Virus record (IMG/VR): IMGVR_UViG_3300047160_035018
DNA from: an uncultured virus (IMG/VR IMGVR_UViG_3300047160_035018)
Taxonomy: Duplodnaviria > Heunggongvirae > Uroviricota > Caudoviricetes
DNA: 64,000 bases
Reading direction: 5' to 3' (one strand)
The notes below the pieces were generated by a model. It was not told the origin of the DNA, ran no database searches, and was given only the letters and a program-made list of their open reading frames with translations. The translations under genes and the position numbers were made by a program. Each line of letters starts with the position of its first letter. The first letter of the stretch is position 1. Positions 52,591 to 61,504 of the stretch are shown here, in pieces.

Positions 52591-53244
52591 CTACGGTCGG
52601 TACTTGGCCCTCATGGTCACCACCCGCCCAGCCTCGCGAATCCTCGACACGATGCGGTCGCCGAAGCGCACGGCCAGCGCGGTCGCATCGAGGTTCGTCG
52701 TGATGAGCGTGGGCAGCATGCTTCCGTATCGCGCATCAATCAGGTCATCCAGCTTAGATGCCACCGAGCCGGGCGCATCGGCGTATTCGACCCCGAGGTC
52801 GTCAATGACCAGGGCGCGGGCGCGCTTCGCGGCGCGAAACTCGTCCGACCACGTGGCCCAGACGACGAGCTCGGCGGCCGACACGAAGAGCGGGCGCGCG
52901 TCGCCGGGCGCCCGCGCCGGCCCCAGCGTCGCGAACCACCGCGCGGCGGCGACGGTCTTTCCCGTGCCCGGCTCGCCGACGAGGAGAAGGAGGCACCGGT
53001 CGGCGTTGAGACTGTGGACGGCGAAGATCGCCTCGTTCGGTTCGCAGGACAGCGCCGCCAGCGCGGCCCGTCGTGGCACGCCCCAGCCAAGGATGCGTGC
53101 GAACCGAGCAGACGTCGCGGCGGCGGCGCTGTCGTCACTCGCACCGTCGATGAGCTTCAGCTTGCCGGTGCGCACCACCTCGGCGATGAGCTCCGAGACC
53201 GGCACCACGTCGCGCTTCCTCTCGTGCTTCCTCTCGTCGGACAT
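52591..53244 (-). CDS. DnaC/IstB-like AAA+ ATPase (helicase loader)
   Basis: GEPGTGKT, LVIDDLGVE, RY..LPTLITTNL, RIVSRI; directly downstream of the initiator. Confidence 0.9.
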   Translation of the reverse strand: MSDERKHERKRDVVPVSELIAEVVRTGKLKLIDGASDDSAAAATSARFARILGWGVPRRAALAALSCEPNEAIFAVHSLNADRCLLLLVGEPGTGKTVAAARWFATLGPARAPGDARPLFVSAAELVVWATWSDEFRAAKRARALVIDDLGVEYADAPGSVASKLDDLIDARYGSMLPTLITTNLDATALAVRFGDRIVSRIREAGRVVTMRAKYRP

Positions 53245-54813
53245 CTACTTCGCTCCCCGCTTCGATCCTGCCTGTGAGTGTGAGAAGAACTCGGCACCCG
53301 TGTACTCACCTTGCGGCGGCATGCTCGACGCTGGGCTCGCTCGGGCATGACCAGCGCGCGCCGGCATCGCGAGCCGATCCCAGTTCGAGAGGAGCGTCTT
53401 CGCGTCGAGCGACGACCCGTCGCGCAGAAACTTCGGTGCGGCGTGAAAGAGGTTCCAGATCCGCCGCGTGACCTCGTTCGCATCGCCGTCCGCCTTGAGG
53501 AGGCACGCCTTGAGCGGCCCGAACGTCGAGCTCGCATCGGCGGTTGGCTTACAGCCGGTCTGTATTTCGTAGCCGGAAAAATAAGCCTCCACCAGACCCT
53601 CCCAGGATCCGACCCGCACCGGGCTCGTTTTGGGCTCTGCGGCCCTGCCATTTGCCCGCTGACGCCCGTTTCCGGGTCTGGCAGGGGTCCGGTGACCCTG
53701 ATCGGATGGTGAGCCGCTTAGAGCGTCTCCCAGCGCACGCGGAGCGGGCGCGCCAGTCCCGTTCGGTTCGGACGCCGCGTGCGCGGACGTGCTCGCGCTG
53801 CTGGGCAGAGTTCTTTCCGGATCCGGATCTGATCCGGAGGAAGATCCGGAGGGCTTCGGGAGCGTTCGGGAGCACGGTATTTGCTCCGAATTTACAGAGG
53901 GGCCTTCGGGAGCAGTGATTTTTACAAACCCGATTCCTGAATGATAATGCTGCTCCCCGTGCTCCCGAAGCAAAATTTCCGCTTCGGGAGCACTTGTTAA
54001 TGATGATTCCGCGTACTTAGCTTGTCCCGGAGTGCTCCCGAGCGTGTTTTGCTTCGGGAGCACTCCGGACATGGATGTGCGCCCCGATGCCTCACCACGT
54101 ATACCAGCTAAACCATTGGCGTACACTGCTCCCGAAGCGGCTTCGGGAGCACGCGGAAGATTCGTGCCAACTTTGGACTGCTCCCGAAGCCGCTTCGGGA
54201 GCACCCCTTCTACAGGCTCGAAGGTACCGGAACCGTTGGCCTTCACTGCTCCCGAAGCGGCTTCGGGAGCACCCATTCTGACCGGCCACTCGGTCTTGGC
54301 AGCCTGTAGAAGATTCCACTCCTGCCAAAACCAGCGGCTCCCCGCGAATACGCCAACGTTTCGGAGGTGCCGCATGGCCATGCGGCCGGTCGCTTGAGGG
54401 TGGTCCGAGAAGAACTTTCTCAATGCCTGCGTCGCGTCGGTGACGCTGACACCGCGACGACGGGTGGCCGCGCTCTTCTCGCCGCCCATGGCGCCACGCG
54501 CGACCTGATCGAGGTCGGAATCGGGCACGGCGGCGAGGAGGTACTTGATCCGGTCGCGGATGCCGCAGATCCGGATGCCGGTCTCCTCGCGCTCGGCGAG
54601 CTGGCTTGCGATCATGGCGCGCGCGAAGCCGTCGAGCTCGGCGGCATGGTCGACGTCGAGCTCGGGCAGGATGGCGGTCTTCCGCTCGTAGCACGCGAAC
54701 CAGACGCAGAGCGCGTGACCGTAGGCGTGCGGCAGAGGTAGCGCGAGCGCCTGCGCCAGGCGCCGCCAGCGCGGATCGCTCCTAATCAGTGAATCGACGT
54801 TGACGCGGCTCAT
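53245..54813 (-). CDS. Phage replication initiator (lambda O-like organisation)
   Basis: DPRWRRLA..GHALCVW N-terminus; internal iteron array; between Cro-like and DnaC-like genes. Confidence 0.75.
   Translation of the reverse strand: MSRVNVDSLIRSDPRWRRLAQALALPLPHAYGHALCVWFACYERKTAILPELDVDHAAELDGFARAMIASQLAEREETGIRICGIRDRIKYLLAAVPDSDLDQVARGAMGGEKSAATRRRGVSVTDATQALRKFFSDHPQATGRMAMRHLRNVGVFAGSRWFWQEWNLLQAAKTEWPVRMGAPEAASGAVKANGSGTFEPVEGVLPKRLREQSKVGTNLPRAPEAASGAVYANGLAGIRGEASGRTSMSGVLPKQNTLGSTPGQAKYAESSLTSAPEAEILLREHGEQHYHSGIGFVKITAPEGPSVNSEQIPCSRTLPKPSGSSSGSDPDPERTLPSSASTSAHAASEPNGTGAPAPRALGDALSGSPSDQGHRTPARPGNGRQRANGRAAEPKTSPVRVGSWEGLVEAYFSGYEIQTGCKPTADASSTFGPLKACLLKADGDANEVTRRIWNLFHAAPKFLRDGSSLDAKTLLSNWDRLAMPARAGHARASPASSMPPQGEYTGAEFFSHSQAGSKRGAK
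53850..54272. repeat. Putative replication origin: palindromic iterons plus AT-rich tract
   Basis: TGCTCCCGAAGC-N-GCTTCGGGAGCA at ~54127, ~54179, ~54247; wider-spaced versions at ~53960 and ~54033; half sites at ~53853-53873 and ~53904; AT-rich 53878-54010. Confidence 0.85.
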
Positions 54814-55127
54814 GAGGCGGCCTGTTCATTGCCGCCTCCATTACCCGTTTGGGGTTCTTCCGGTGCGCCGCGATTACCTTGCTTCGTGCGCTTCCGCACC
54901 CAGCTCTTTACCGACACCGCGCCGTCCGAGAGGCGCTCGACCCGGACCGCCATCTCGAGATCGGGGATCCGCTTCCCCGTGTACCAGGCCCAGATCGTCG
55001 TCGGATGGACCTTCAAGAACGCGCCGAGCACCTCGTAGGACATCTCGGTGCCGTCCGCCCACTTCGCGAAGTCGTTCCGGTCTCGACCCCGAACCTGCCG
55101 CTTGCCGCCCCGCGGATCGCGCCTCAT
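54810..55127 (-). CDS. Cro/CI-like HTH regulator
   Basis: MSYEVLGAFLKVHPTTIWAWYTGKRIPDLEMAVRVERLSDGAVSVKSW. Confidence 0.88.
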   Translation of the reverse strand: MRRDPRGGKRQVRGRDRNDFAKWADGTEMSYEVLGAFLKVHPTTIWAWYTGKRIPDLEMAVRVERLSDGAVSVKSWVRKRTKQGNRGAPEEPQTGNGGGNEQAAS

Positions 55128-55310
55128 GAGGTCAACTACGTAGACCAGTCGCCACGCGATGGTCAAGATTTTCTCTTGTGGCGCCGCATACGATCGCTGG
55201 TGTCATACCCGCGTGATTGAATGCGATCGCACGCAGACGATGGGGCCCGGGGATGTGGCCAAGCTGTGTGCGGTGTGTCGGACATTGGAGCGCAACCCGT
55301 GGAGATGATG

Positions 55311-56168
55311 ATGGCAAACGAGAAGCCCACAGTTGTGATGGCAGCGGTCAGCGCGGTCGCCCGCCCGGCCACCGCAAACTACACGCGCGAGCAGTGCGAT
55401 CTCGTCAAGCGGACCGTCTGCCGGAACGCGACCGATGACGAGCTCGCGCTCTTCCTCGGCACCGCCCAAAGGCTCGGGCTCGACCCGTTCACGAAGCAGA
55501 TCTACTCGATCGAGCGCTGGAACAGCGAGACCGGGCAGAAGGAGCGCCAGATCCAGATCGGCATCGACGGCTTCCGCGTCGTCGCCGAGCGGACCGGCAA
55601 GTACCTGCCCGGGCCCAAGCCGACCTTCGAGGTCGATGGCGAGGGCAGAATCCTCTCCTGCGTCGCGACCGTCCTCAAGTGGTCGGCCCTCGATTCCGAG
55701 TGGCACCCGATCGAGGCCGAGTGCGCCTACGAGGAGTTCGTGCAGCATCGGAAGGACGGCAAGCCCACCCGGATGTGGGCGCAGATGCCGCGGGTCATGC
55801 TGTCCCGCTCGGCGGAGTCGCTCGCGCTCCGGCGCGCCTTCCCGATGGACCTCGGCGGCGTGTGCCTGCGCGGCGACGATGTGGATGATGGGGAGCATGG
55901 GGGCGAAAAGGAAAACCACCGCGAGCGAAGCGAGACCGAGGATCCGGGCTGGGGTGACGGCCGGCGGGCTGGGCCGCTGGTTGGAAAGTTCAAGGAGGCG
56001 TTCCGCGCGGCGAAGACCCAGGACGAGCTCGACGCCTACGCCAAGGACCTCGATGAGAGCGTTCGCGCCGGGGTAGTCAGTCCCGATGAGCGCGTCGTCC
56101 TCGTCGAGGTCTACGTCGCCGAGAAGGTGCGGCTCGCCGCCGCCGGCAATGCGGCCGCATCACCGTAG
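55311..56168 (+). CDS. bet: Bet/RecT-family single-strand annealing protein
   Basis: ATDDELALFL..LGLDPFTKQIY, IGIDGFR..A, WAQMPRVML..AE..ALRRAFP. Confidence 0.9.
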   Translation: MANEKPTVVMAAVSAVARPATANYTREQCDLVKRTVCRNATDDELALFLGTAQRLGLDPFTKQIYSIERWNSETGQKERQIQIGIDGFRVVAERTGKYLPGPKPTFEVDGEGRILSCVATVLKWSALDSEWHPIEAECAYEEFVQHRKDGKPTRMWAQMPRVMLSRSAESLALRRAFPMDLGGVCLRGDDVDDGEHGGEKENHRERSETEDPGWGDGRRAGPLVGKFKEAFRAAKTQDELDAYAKDLDESVRAGVVSPDERVVLVEVYVAEKVRLAAAGNAAASP

Positions 56169-56190
56169 GTGCCTTTCATACATTCTCGCC

Positions 56191-56220
56191 TTGTCAAGGA
56201 GTGCGAGGTCTCCGTATAGT
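56191..56220 (+). promoter_or_regulatory. Putative sigma70-type promoter
   Basis: TTGTCA-N18-TATAGT, 9 nt before the ATG at 56230 (leaderless-like). Confidence 0.55.
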
Positions 56221-56229
56221 TGACCCTGG

Positions 56230-57135
56230 ATGGGCGAAAAGGGGAACGGCGCCGGCGAGTCGGCCAGCCTTCGTGGTCGTACGATCCCCGCCTTCTCCGT
56301 CGACCCGCGCGAGCTCACACTCGTCACCGACCCGAAGCACCCGCTCTATGACGAGCGGGTCCACGCGCCGCTCGACGAGGCGATGATCGCCTCCATCATG
56401 GCCGTCGGCGTGATCGAGCCCGTGGTCGTGAGAAAGAACGGCCCGCTCCTCGAGGTCGCAGTCGGGCGCCAGCGCGTGAAGAACGCGACCGAGGCCAACC
56501 GACGGCTCAAGGCCGAGGGCCGGTATCTCATCAAGGTCCCGATCGTCATCCGGACCGGCGAGCCCAAGGACATCATCGTCGCCGCCGTCATCGAGAACGA
56601 GATCCGCCGCCCCGACGTCATCCTCATCAAGAGCGCCAAGGCCCGCCGCATGCAGCACTTCGGGCACACCATCGCCGACATCGCGGTGGCGTTCGGGGTG
56701 GTGCCCGAGACGATCGAGAACTGGCTCAAGCTGGACGAGCTTCATCCGACCATCAAGCGCCTCGTCGCCAAGGGCAAGCTCAACTACACCGTCGCGATGC
56801 GCCTCGCCAAGCTCCAGCGCGAGAAGCAACTCCTCGCCCTCGAGGAGCTCCTGAAGGCCGGCGCCACGAACGCCAACGCCGTCCGGGTCGTGGTGGGCGG
56901 CCGGCTCGAGAAGGTCCGGCCCCCGAGCAAGCAGGTTCTTCGGCGCGTGGCCGACGCGATGCTCAAGGCCAAGGAGTTTCTCCGCGACGACGCGAGCTCG
57001 GACAGTTACGCCTTCGTCTCCTGGGTCTTGGGCTGCGTGTCCTCGGACGAGCTTTTGAAGGGGGTGCTCTCGTCCAAGCCGATCGCCGATGCGGTCCGGG
57101 TGGGGCTGGGGCGCATCGAGAGGAGGACCCCGTGA
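56230..57135 (+). CDS. ParB-like protein
   Basis: SIMAVGVIEPVVV..VAVGRQRV..A, IENEIR, followed by HTH IADIAVAFGV..ETIENWL. Confidence 0.85.
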   Translation: MGEKGNGAGESASLRGRTIPAFSVDPRELTLVTDPKHPLYDERVHAPLDEAMIASIMAVGVIEPVVVRKNGPLLEVAVGRQRVKNATEANRRLKAEGRYLIKVPIVIRTGEPKDIIVAAVIENEIRRPDVILIKSAKARRMQHFGHTIADIAVAFGVVPETIENWLKLDELHPTIKRLVAKGKLNYTVAMRLAKLQREKQLLALEELLKAGATNANAVRVVVGGRLEKVRPPSKQVLRRVADAMLKAKEFLRDDASSDSYAFVSWVLGCVSSDELLKGVLSSKPIADAVRVGLGRIERRTP

Positions 57136-57341
57136 TCTTTCTCCAGGCGCTCCTGGGCCTCGTCTTCTGCTTCGGCGTCGTTTGCATCGTCATCGTGGCC
57201 GTCCTGATGTTGCGCGAGGCCCGCGATGAGAGCCGGCGCCGTGCTCGCCTCGACGCGGCATGGCGGCACGAGCAGGAAGACCGCGAGCGCCAGGCGTCGG
57301 TCATCGACATGGCCGCCTACCGGAGGCGAGCCCGTCGATGA
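57132..57341 (+). CDS. Small TM protein
   Basis: GGAGG + GTG; N-terminal TM. Confidence 0.65.
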   Translation: MIFLQALLGLVFCFGVVCIVIVAVLMLREARDESRRRARLDAAWRHEQEDRERQASVIDMAAYRRRARR

Positions 57342-57622
57342 ACCGAACCGCCTATGAGCTCGGCCAGGAAGTGGGCCGCCGCAACGCGATTGCGGCCGGT
57401 GAGGCGCGGGACGTCGACAATGACCACGTGGGGCTCCTTCTCAAGCTGGAGGAGGCATCCCTCGAGCTCGCCGCGGCGGCGCATGAGGCCGCCAAGCTCG
57501 CACCCGACGCACCGCTGCCTTCCGTCAACGCCGCCCATGCTCGCTGGGTCACGGCGGACAAACTCTGGAAGAAGGCCGTCGAGAAGTGCCGAAAGCGGCT
57601 GGCGCGGAAGGGGCGGCGATGA
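57338..57622 (+). CDS. Hypothetical protein
   Basis: GGAGG RBS, coupled. Confidence 0.6.
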   Translation: MNRTAYELGQEVGRRNAIAAGEARDVDNDHVGLLLKLEEASLELAAAAHEAAKLAPDAPLPSVNAAHARWVTADKLWKKAVEKCRKRLARKGRR

Positions 57623-58092
57623 GCGTTCCCAAACGAGACCAAGAAGGAGCGCCCATGAAGGGCGCTGCCAAGATGCCCAATGGGGTGAGCGAGCGGTCGG
57701 GCGAAACGGGTGGCCCGCGGAGACCTCGCCCAACTAGAGCCGGCACGGACGCGCGCCGGAGCAGTACCGCTGGTGACGGCCAGCGGGCGACCAAGAGCCG
57801 GAGGGTGGGCCACCGACCCCCGGCCAGTCGCGACCTCGTGACGTCGAGCACGGCGTGGTCCCAGGAGATCCTCTTTCGCCTCAACCACGTGCACGATCCG
57901 GCGTTGTCGCTCATCGCGATCGAGAAGATCGTCGCCGACATCATGCGCACGACGCGCCTCGACGAGGCCATGGCGTGCTACCGGGCGATCGATTCGTCTG
58001 GGATGGGCTCCGAGGACGCACAGGGGATGTCGTTGGCCCTCGAGGTCGTCGCACAGCGCTTCCTCCTTCACCAGGGCAGGAGGATCGCGTGA
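57619..58092 (+). CDS. Hypothetical protein
   Basis: Coupled ORF. Confidence 0.55.
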   Translation: MSVPKRDQEGAPMKGAAKMPNGVSERSGETGGPRRPRPTRAGTDARRSSTAGDGQRATKSRRVGHRPPASRDLVTSSTAWSQEILFRLNHVHDPALSLIAIEKIVADIMRTTRLDEAMACYRAIDSSGMGSEDAQGMSLALEVVAQRFLLHQGRRIA

Positions 58093-58457
58093 CCCGACTC
58101 TCCTTCGAGGAACGGATGGGGCGCCCACGCTCGGGGCGGCGCGTTGCCGGGCGGCCGCCGGGCGTCCTGAAGGGCGCCGATTCGAGCGCGGCCGGGATGT
58201 TCCGGTGCAAGCTCAGTCGGATCCTCGAGCCGGGCGCCACGAACTGGGTCACCCTGGCCAAGGGCCCGTGCGGCGCGCTCCTCTTCGAGCGCGAGCTCGC
58301 GGCGCACCTTCACGACGTCCATGGCATCGATTGCCCGCTGGCTGCGCCGGGCGCCTTCGAGGCGGCCGCCGACGTCCCCGACGACGGCGTACTCTACCAT
58401 GGCCCTTACCGCCCACGCCGCGGGGCGATCGGGCGGTACTCAAGGAGGACGCCATGA
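58089..58457 (+). CDS. C2H2-like hypothetical protein
   Basis: FRC..C..HLHDVH. Confidence 0.55.
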   Translation: MTRLSFEERMGRPRSGRRVAGRPPGVLKGADSSAAGMFRCKLSRILEPGATNWVTLAKGPCGALLFERELAAHLHDVHGIDCPLAAPGAFEAAADVPDDGVLYHGPYRPRRGAIGRYSRRTP

Positions 58458-58966
58458 CCGACCTCATCGAACTCGGCGGCGCCTGTCGTGACGAGCAGTG
58501 CCCGCGTGATGAGGTCCATGCTGCGCATGCGCCCATCCCGATCAAGGGTCGGACGCCGAAGGCCTGCCCGCGCTGTCTCGGCGCGGTCCTCGACGGGCGG
58601 TGCTCGGCCTGCGGCTGGATGCGCGCCAACTCCACGAAGCTCAGCGCCAACCCGTGGGTCCTCTGTAACCCTTGCCCCGGCGCGGCGTGCCCCTGGTGCG
58701 GCGGCACCGGGTTCCTGCCGCGGGCCCGCTACTCTTTGACGGCTAAGCTCGGTCTCTGCCAGTCTGTGGGCAACGGAGGACCGACATGGCCAAGGGCAAG
58801 GGCGGAAGTTGCAAGCACGGCATCGCGAAGCGGACCACCCGCGGCACCCGCAAGGGCAGCTGCCTCAAGTACCCCCGAAAGAAGCGCAAGAGGTAGCATC
58901 CCAGTCGGCCGCCGCCCACCGTACTCGCAGCCGCTCCTCGCCGAAGGCTGGGGGGCGTGGCTGTGA
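58454..58966 (+). CDS. Multi-Zn-finger hypothetical protein (3' end uncertain)
   Basis: AGGAGG RBS; CPRC, CSAC, CPWCGGTG; tail overlaps 58786-58896. Confidence 0.55.
   Translation: MTDLIELGGACRDEQCPRDEVHAAHAPIPIKGRTPKACPRCLGAVLDGRCSACGWMRANSTKLSANPWVLCNPCPGAACPWCGGTGFLPRARYSLTAKLGLCQSVGNGGPTWPRARAEVASTASRSGPPAAPARAAASSTPERSARGSIPVGRRPPYSQPLLAEGWGAWL
58786..58896 (+). CDS. Tiny basic peptide (36 aa, not in ORF track)
   Basis: GGAGG RBS; MAKGKGGSCKHGIAKRTTRGTRKGSCLKYPRKKRKR. Confidence 0.6.
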   Translation: MAKGKGGSCKHGIAKRTTRGTRKGSCLKYPRKKRKR

Positions 58967-59187
58967 CCCGCTGGAGTGAGCCTCGGTTCTCCGTGGGCGG
59001 CGGCGGCACGGCCTACGAGGAGGGCTGGGAGCGCACCTTCGGCAAGCCAGCGCCCACGCCCACCGCCGCCGGTCAACTCTGCACCTGCGGCCACCTCGAG
59101 CCCGCCCACAAGGAGCACGACCTCTCGATGCTGTCGCCGTGCTCGGAGTGCGCATGCATCCGGTACGTCAGTGCGCGCAAGCGGTGA
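58963..59187 (+). CDS. Small Cys/His protein
   Basis: YEEGWERTFG; CTCGH..H..C..C.C. Confidence 0.6.
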   Translation: MTRWSEPRFSVGGGGTAYEEGWERTFGKPAPTPTAAGQLCTCGHLEPAHKEHDLSMLSPCSECACIRYVSARKR

Positions 59188-59387
59188 GAGATGCCATGCC
59201 GGCGCCCCGCATGACCCAGGGTCGCCGCGCGGATCCTGGGGCGTCCTCTGCGCACCGTGCTGGGCTTGGGTGCAGGCGTGGTTGAGCCGGCGCCGCACCT
59301 TGGCCGCGGTCACGAGGATCCAGTCCATCACCGTCCAGTTGGCGCCGGCCACCTCGATAACCCCGACGAGAAGCCACGAGAAGGACG

Positions 59388-60107
59388 ATGACTAAGCTAC
59401 GCCTCGCCGCCGGTGTCCCGGCCTACGGATCGAAAATCGACGCCGGCCACGCCATGATGTGGCTCCTCCTCGGCCACGCCGTCGCGGCCAACGAGGAGAC
59501 CTTCGAGTTCCTGGGGGTCGATACGGTCGACGAGAACCCGGTCGGCGACGCCCGGAACGTCCTCGTTGCCGGCGCGCTCCAGGTCGGCGCCGACTGGCTC
59601 CTCATGGTCGACGCCGACACCTATCACCACGGCACCGAGGCCGAGCCCGACCGCGCCGGTCTGGACATCCTCCGCATGGTGAAGGACGGAGCGGCCGCCG
59701 GCGCCGCCATCGTCGCCGCCCCGGTCCGGGCCCGAGGCTGGCAGAACCATGCGCGCACGGTCTGGATGCGGACCGAGGAGATGGTGGCCGCACCCGACGG
59801 CCGGCGCGTCCCGCTCATGGCCGTGCCCAGCGAAGAGACCTTCGCCGAGAAGTACGCCGGCAAGCTCGTCCAGTGCGAGCGCATCGGCGCCGCCTTCATG
59901 GCCGTGAACCTCCGGTTCCTAGAGGACATCATGCCCGAGCCGCCGTGGTTCGTGCACGAGGCGCGCATGATGGGACAGCGTGAGGAGCGCCTCCACGCCT
60001 ACGGTGAGGACGCGGGCTTCTGCATCGCCGTCCGCGCGCGCGGCGGCACCATCCTCTGCGATGGCCGGTTCCTACCCAAGCACGTCATGAACGCCGAGCG
60101 GCGGTGA
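59388..60107 (+). CDS. GT-A glycosyltransferase-like protein
   Basis: ARNVLV..WLLMVDAD, IGAAFM, GEDAGFC; similar to the first domain of 17044-18501. Confidence 0.8.
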   Translation: MTKLRLAAGVPAYGSKIDAGHAMMWLLLGHAVAANEETFEFLGVDTVDENPVGDARNVLVAGALQVGADWLLMVDADTYHHGTEAEPDRAGLDILRMVKDGAAAGAAIVAAPVRARGWQNHARTVWMRTEEMVAAPDGRRVPLMAVPSEETFAEKYAGKLVQCERIGAAFMAVNLRFLEDIMPEPPWFVHEARMMGQREERLHAYGEDAGFCIAVRARGGTILCDGRFLPKHVMNAERR

Positions 60108-60454
60108 GGTCCATGCGGAGTCTGCGGACCATCCAGCGGTTCTTTCATCGCGAGTACCTCCGGACGAAGGCGCTGACCCGCCAGGACGACCTCACAGCGG
60201 GCCACCTCGCGATTGACGTCGCGACCGAGCGCATGCGCGTGGCCGAGCTCGAACACCTCCTCGAGGAGGCCCGGGAGCGGCTCGCGCGGCGAGTGTGGGA
60301 GTTCGAGACCTACCAGTTCCACGGCATCGTGCCCGACCGGAAGGGACTCAAGAAACGCATCGATGCCGAGGCCAAGGAAAAGGTCCGGCGCGCTCTGCGC
60401 GACGGCGGAGATCCGGGCCCTTCTGGCACCTCATCGGCGCCGCGCCCGGAGTGA
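60104..60454 (+). CDS. Coiled-coil hypothetical protein
   Basis: Coupled ORF. Confidence 0.55.
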   Translation: MRSMRSLRTIQRFFHREYLRTKALTRQDDLTAGHLAIDVATERMRVAELEHLLEEARERLARRVWEFETYQFHGIVPDRKGLKKRIDAEAKEKVRRALRDGGDPGPSGTSSAPRPE

Positions 60455-60457
60455 CGC

Positions 60458-60730
60458 TCACATCTCGTCGGAGAAGACCCAGTAGTTGCCGGGCGCCACC
60501 TGCTTCCGCTTGTGGACGACGCTCGTCCTTCGCTCGATCTGGCGACCGTAGGGGTCATCCCGGGATGCGTCCCCGGTCACGTAGACCAGGTTGCATCCCG
60601 GGTCGCCCCATTCCGACTGGTACTGGGGGTGGGCCGGCGAGCCCCACCAGATCGTGACCAGTGCATCGTGAGCGCTTCCGTGCTCGTCGACGTACTTGAC
60701 CGCCGCTCCGACCTCGTATGTTCGCTCCAT
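60458..60730 (-). CDS. Small phage hypothetical protein
   Basis: VGAAVKYVDEHG..ALVT..NLVYV..TSVVH. Confidence 0.7.
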   Translation of the reverse strand: MERTYEVGAAVKYVDEHGSAHDALVTIWWGSPAHPQYQSEWGDPGCNLVYVTGDASRDDPYGRQIERRTSVVHKRKQVAPGNYWVFSDEM

Positions 60731-60780
60731 CTCCGCCTCGCTCTCCGCGGCTCCGTCGCCGCGCAGAACGCGCCGGGACG

Positions 60781-60870
60781 CTACTTCTTCTTGCAGATCC
60801 GACGACCGCGAGGGTGCTTGAGCTTCCCATGCTTGCAGGGGTGCTTCTTCTTGCGCTTGTGCTTGGCCAT
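60781..60870 (-). CDS. Tiny basic peptide (29 aa, not in ORF track)
   Basis: GGGAG RBS; MAKHKRKKKHPCKHGKLKHPRGRRICKKK. Confidence 0.6.
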   Translation of the reverse strand: MAKHKRKKKHPCKHGKLKHPRGRRICKKK

Positions 60871-60976
60871 GTCGTTCTCCCTCGTGGTTGGGTTGTCCGT
60901 GGACGAGCATCGCGTGACCCGGCCAGGGACGTCAATGAAAGGTGCCGTTTTTCTCCGTGGGGCCTATGGTGGGGTC

Positions 60977-61504
60977 ATGGCCTTCGACGTGGGAACGAGT
61001 TGCGTGATCGAGGAGACCTTCCAGCTCCCGGCCTGCCTTCAGGGCGACCCGGACACGCTGAAGCTCCACGCCGCGATCTCAAAGGTCACGACCTACCTCC
61101 AGGATCACTGGATCCCGAAGGACCCGTTCGACGTGCCCTACGTCTACCGGACGGCGTACCTCCCCGACTACGTGACGGCGAACGACAGCGCGGCGCTGGG
61201 CCGCATCATGCGCCAGGCCGTGGCCCGCGGCATCAGCCTGCCCGTCCTCCTCGGTCCCCTCGTGGCGAGTGGCCCGGACGTCCAGGTCACGCCCGATGAT
61301 GTCGTCTACGTCGCCGCCAACGCCGGCCCCATCGCCGATGCGATGGACCCACTGCTGACAGAGATCCAGGCCGTCGACGCCGTGACGCCGCCGCCCGCCA
61401 CGAACTGGCTCTTTGTCACCGCGGTCGTCGCCGGGGCCCTCCTTCTCGGCGCGGCCATCGCCGGCGCCTACACCGAGCACATGAAGGACCGCCGTGCGGC
61501 CTAG
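60977..61504 (+). CDS. Membrane-anchored protein
   Basis: C-terminal TM WLFVTAVVAGALLLGAAIAGAY. Confidence 0.7.
   Translation: MAFDVGTSCVIEETFQLPACLQGDPDTLKLHAAISKVTTYLQDHWIPKDPFDVPYVYRTAYLPDYVTANDSAALGRIMRQAVARGISLPVLLGPLVASGPDVQVTPDDVVYVAANAGPIADAMDPLLTEIQAVDAVTPPPATNWLFVTAVVAGALLLGAAIAGAYTEHMKDRRAA

Noticed and set aside
52591..53244. ATPase as IS21 IstB or as the packaging ATPase
   Set aside because: No IstA transposase or terminal IRs; motifs and context are DnaC-like, not FtsK/HerA or terminase
53850..54272. Palindromic repeats as CRISPR or REP elements
   Set aside because: Irregular spacing, variable internal spacer, and location within an initiator ORF next to a DnaC-like gene fit iterons better
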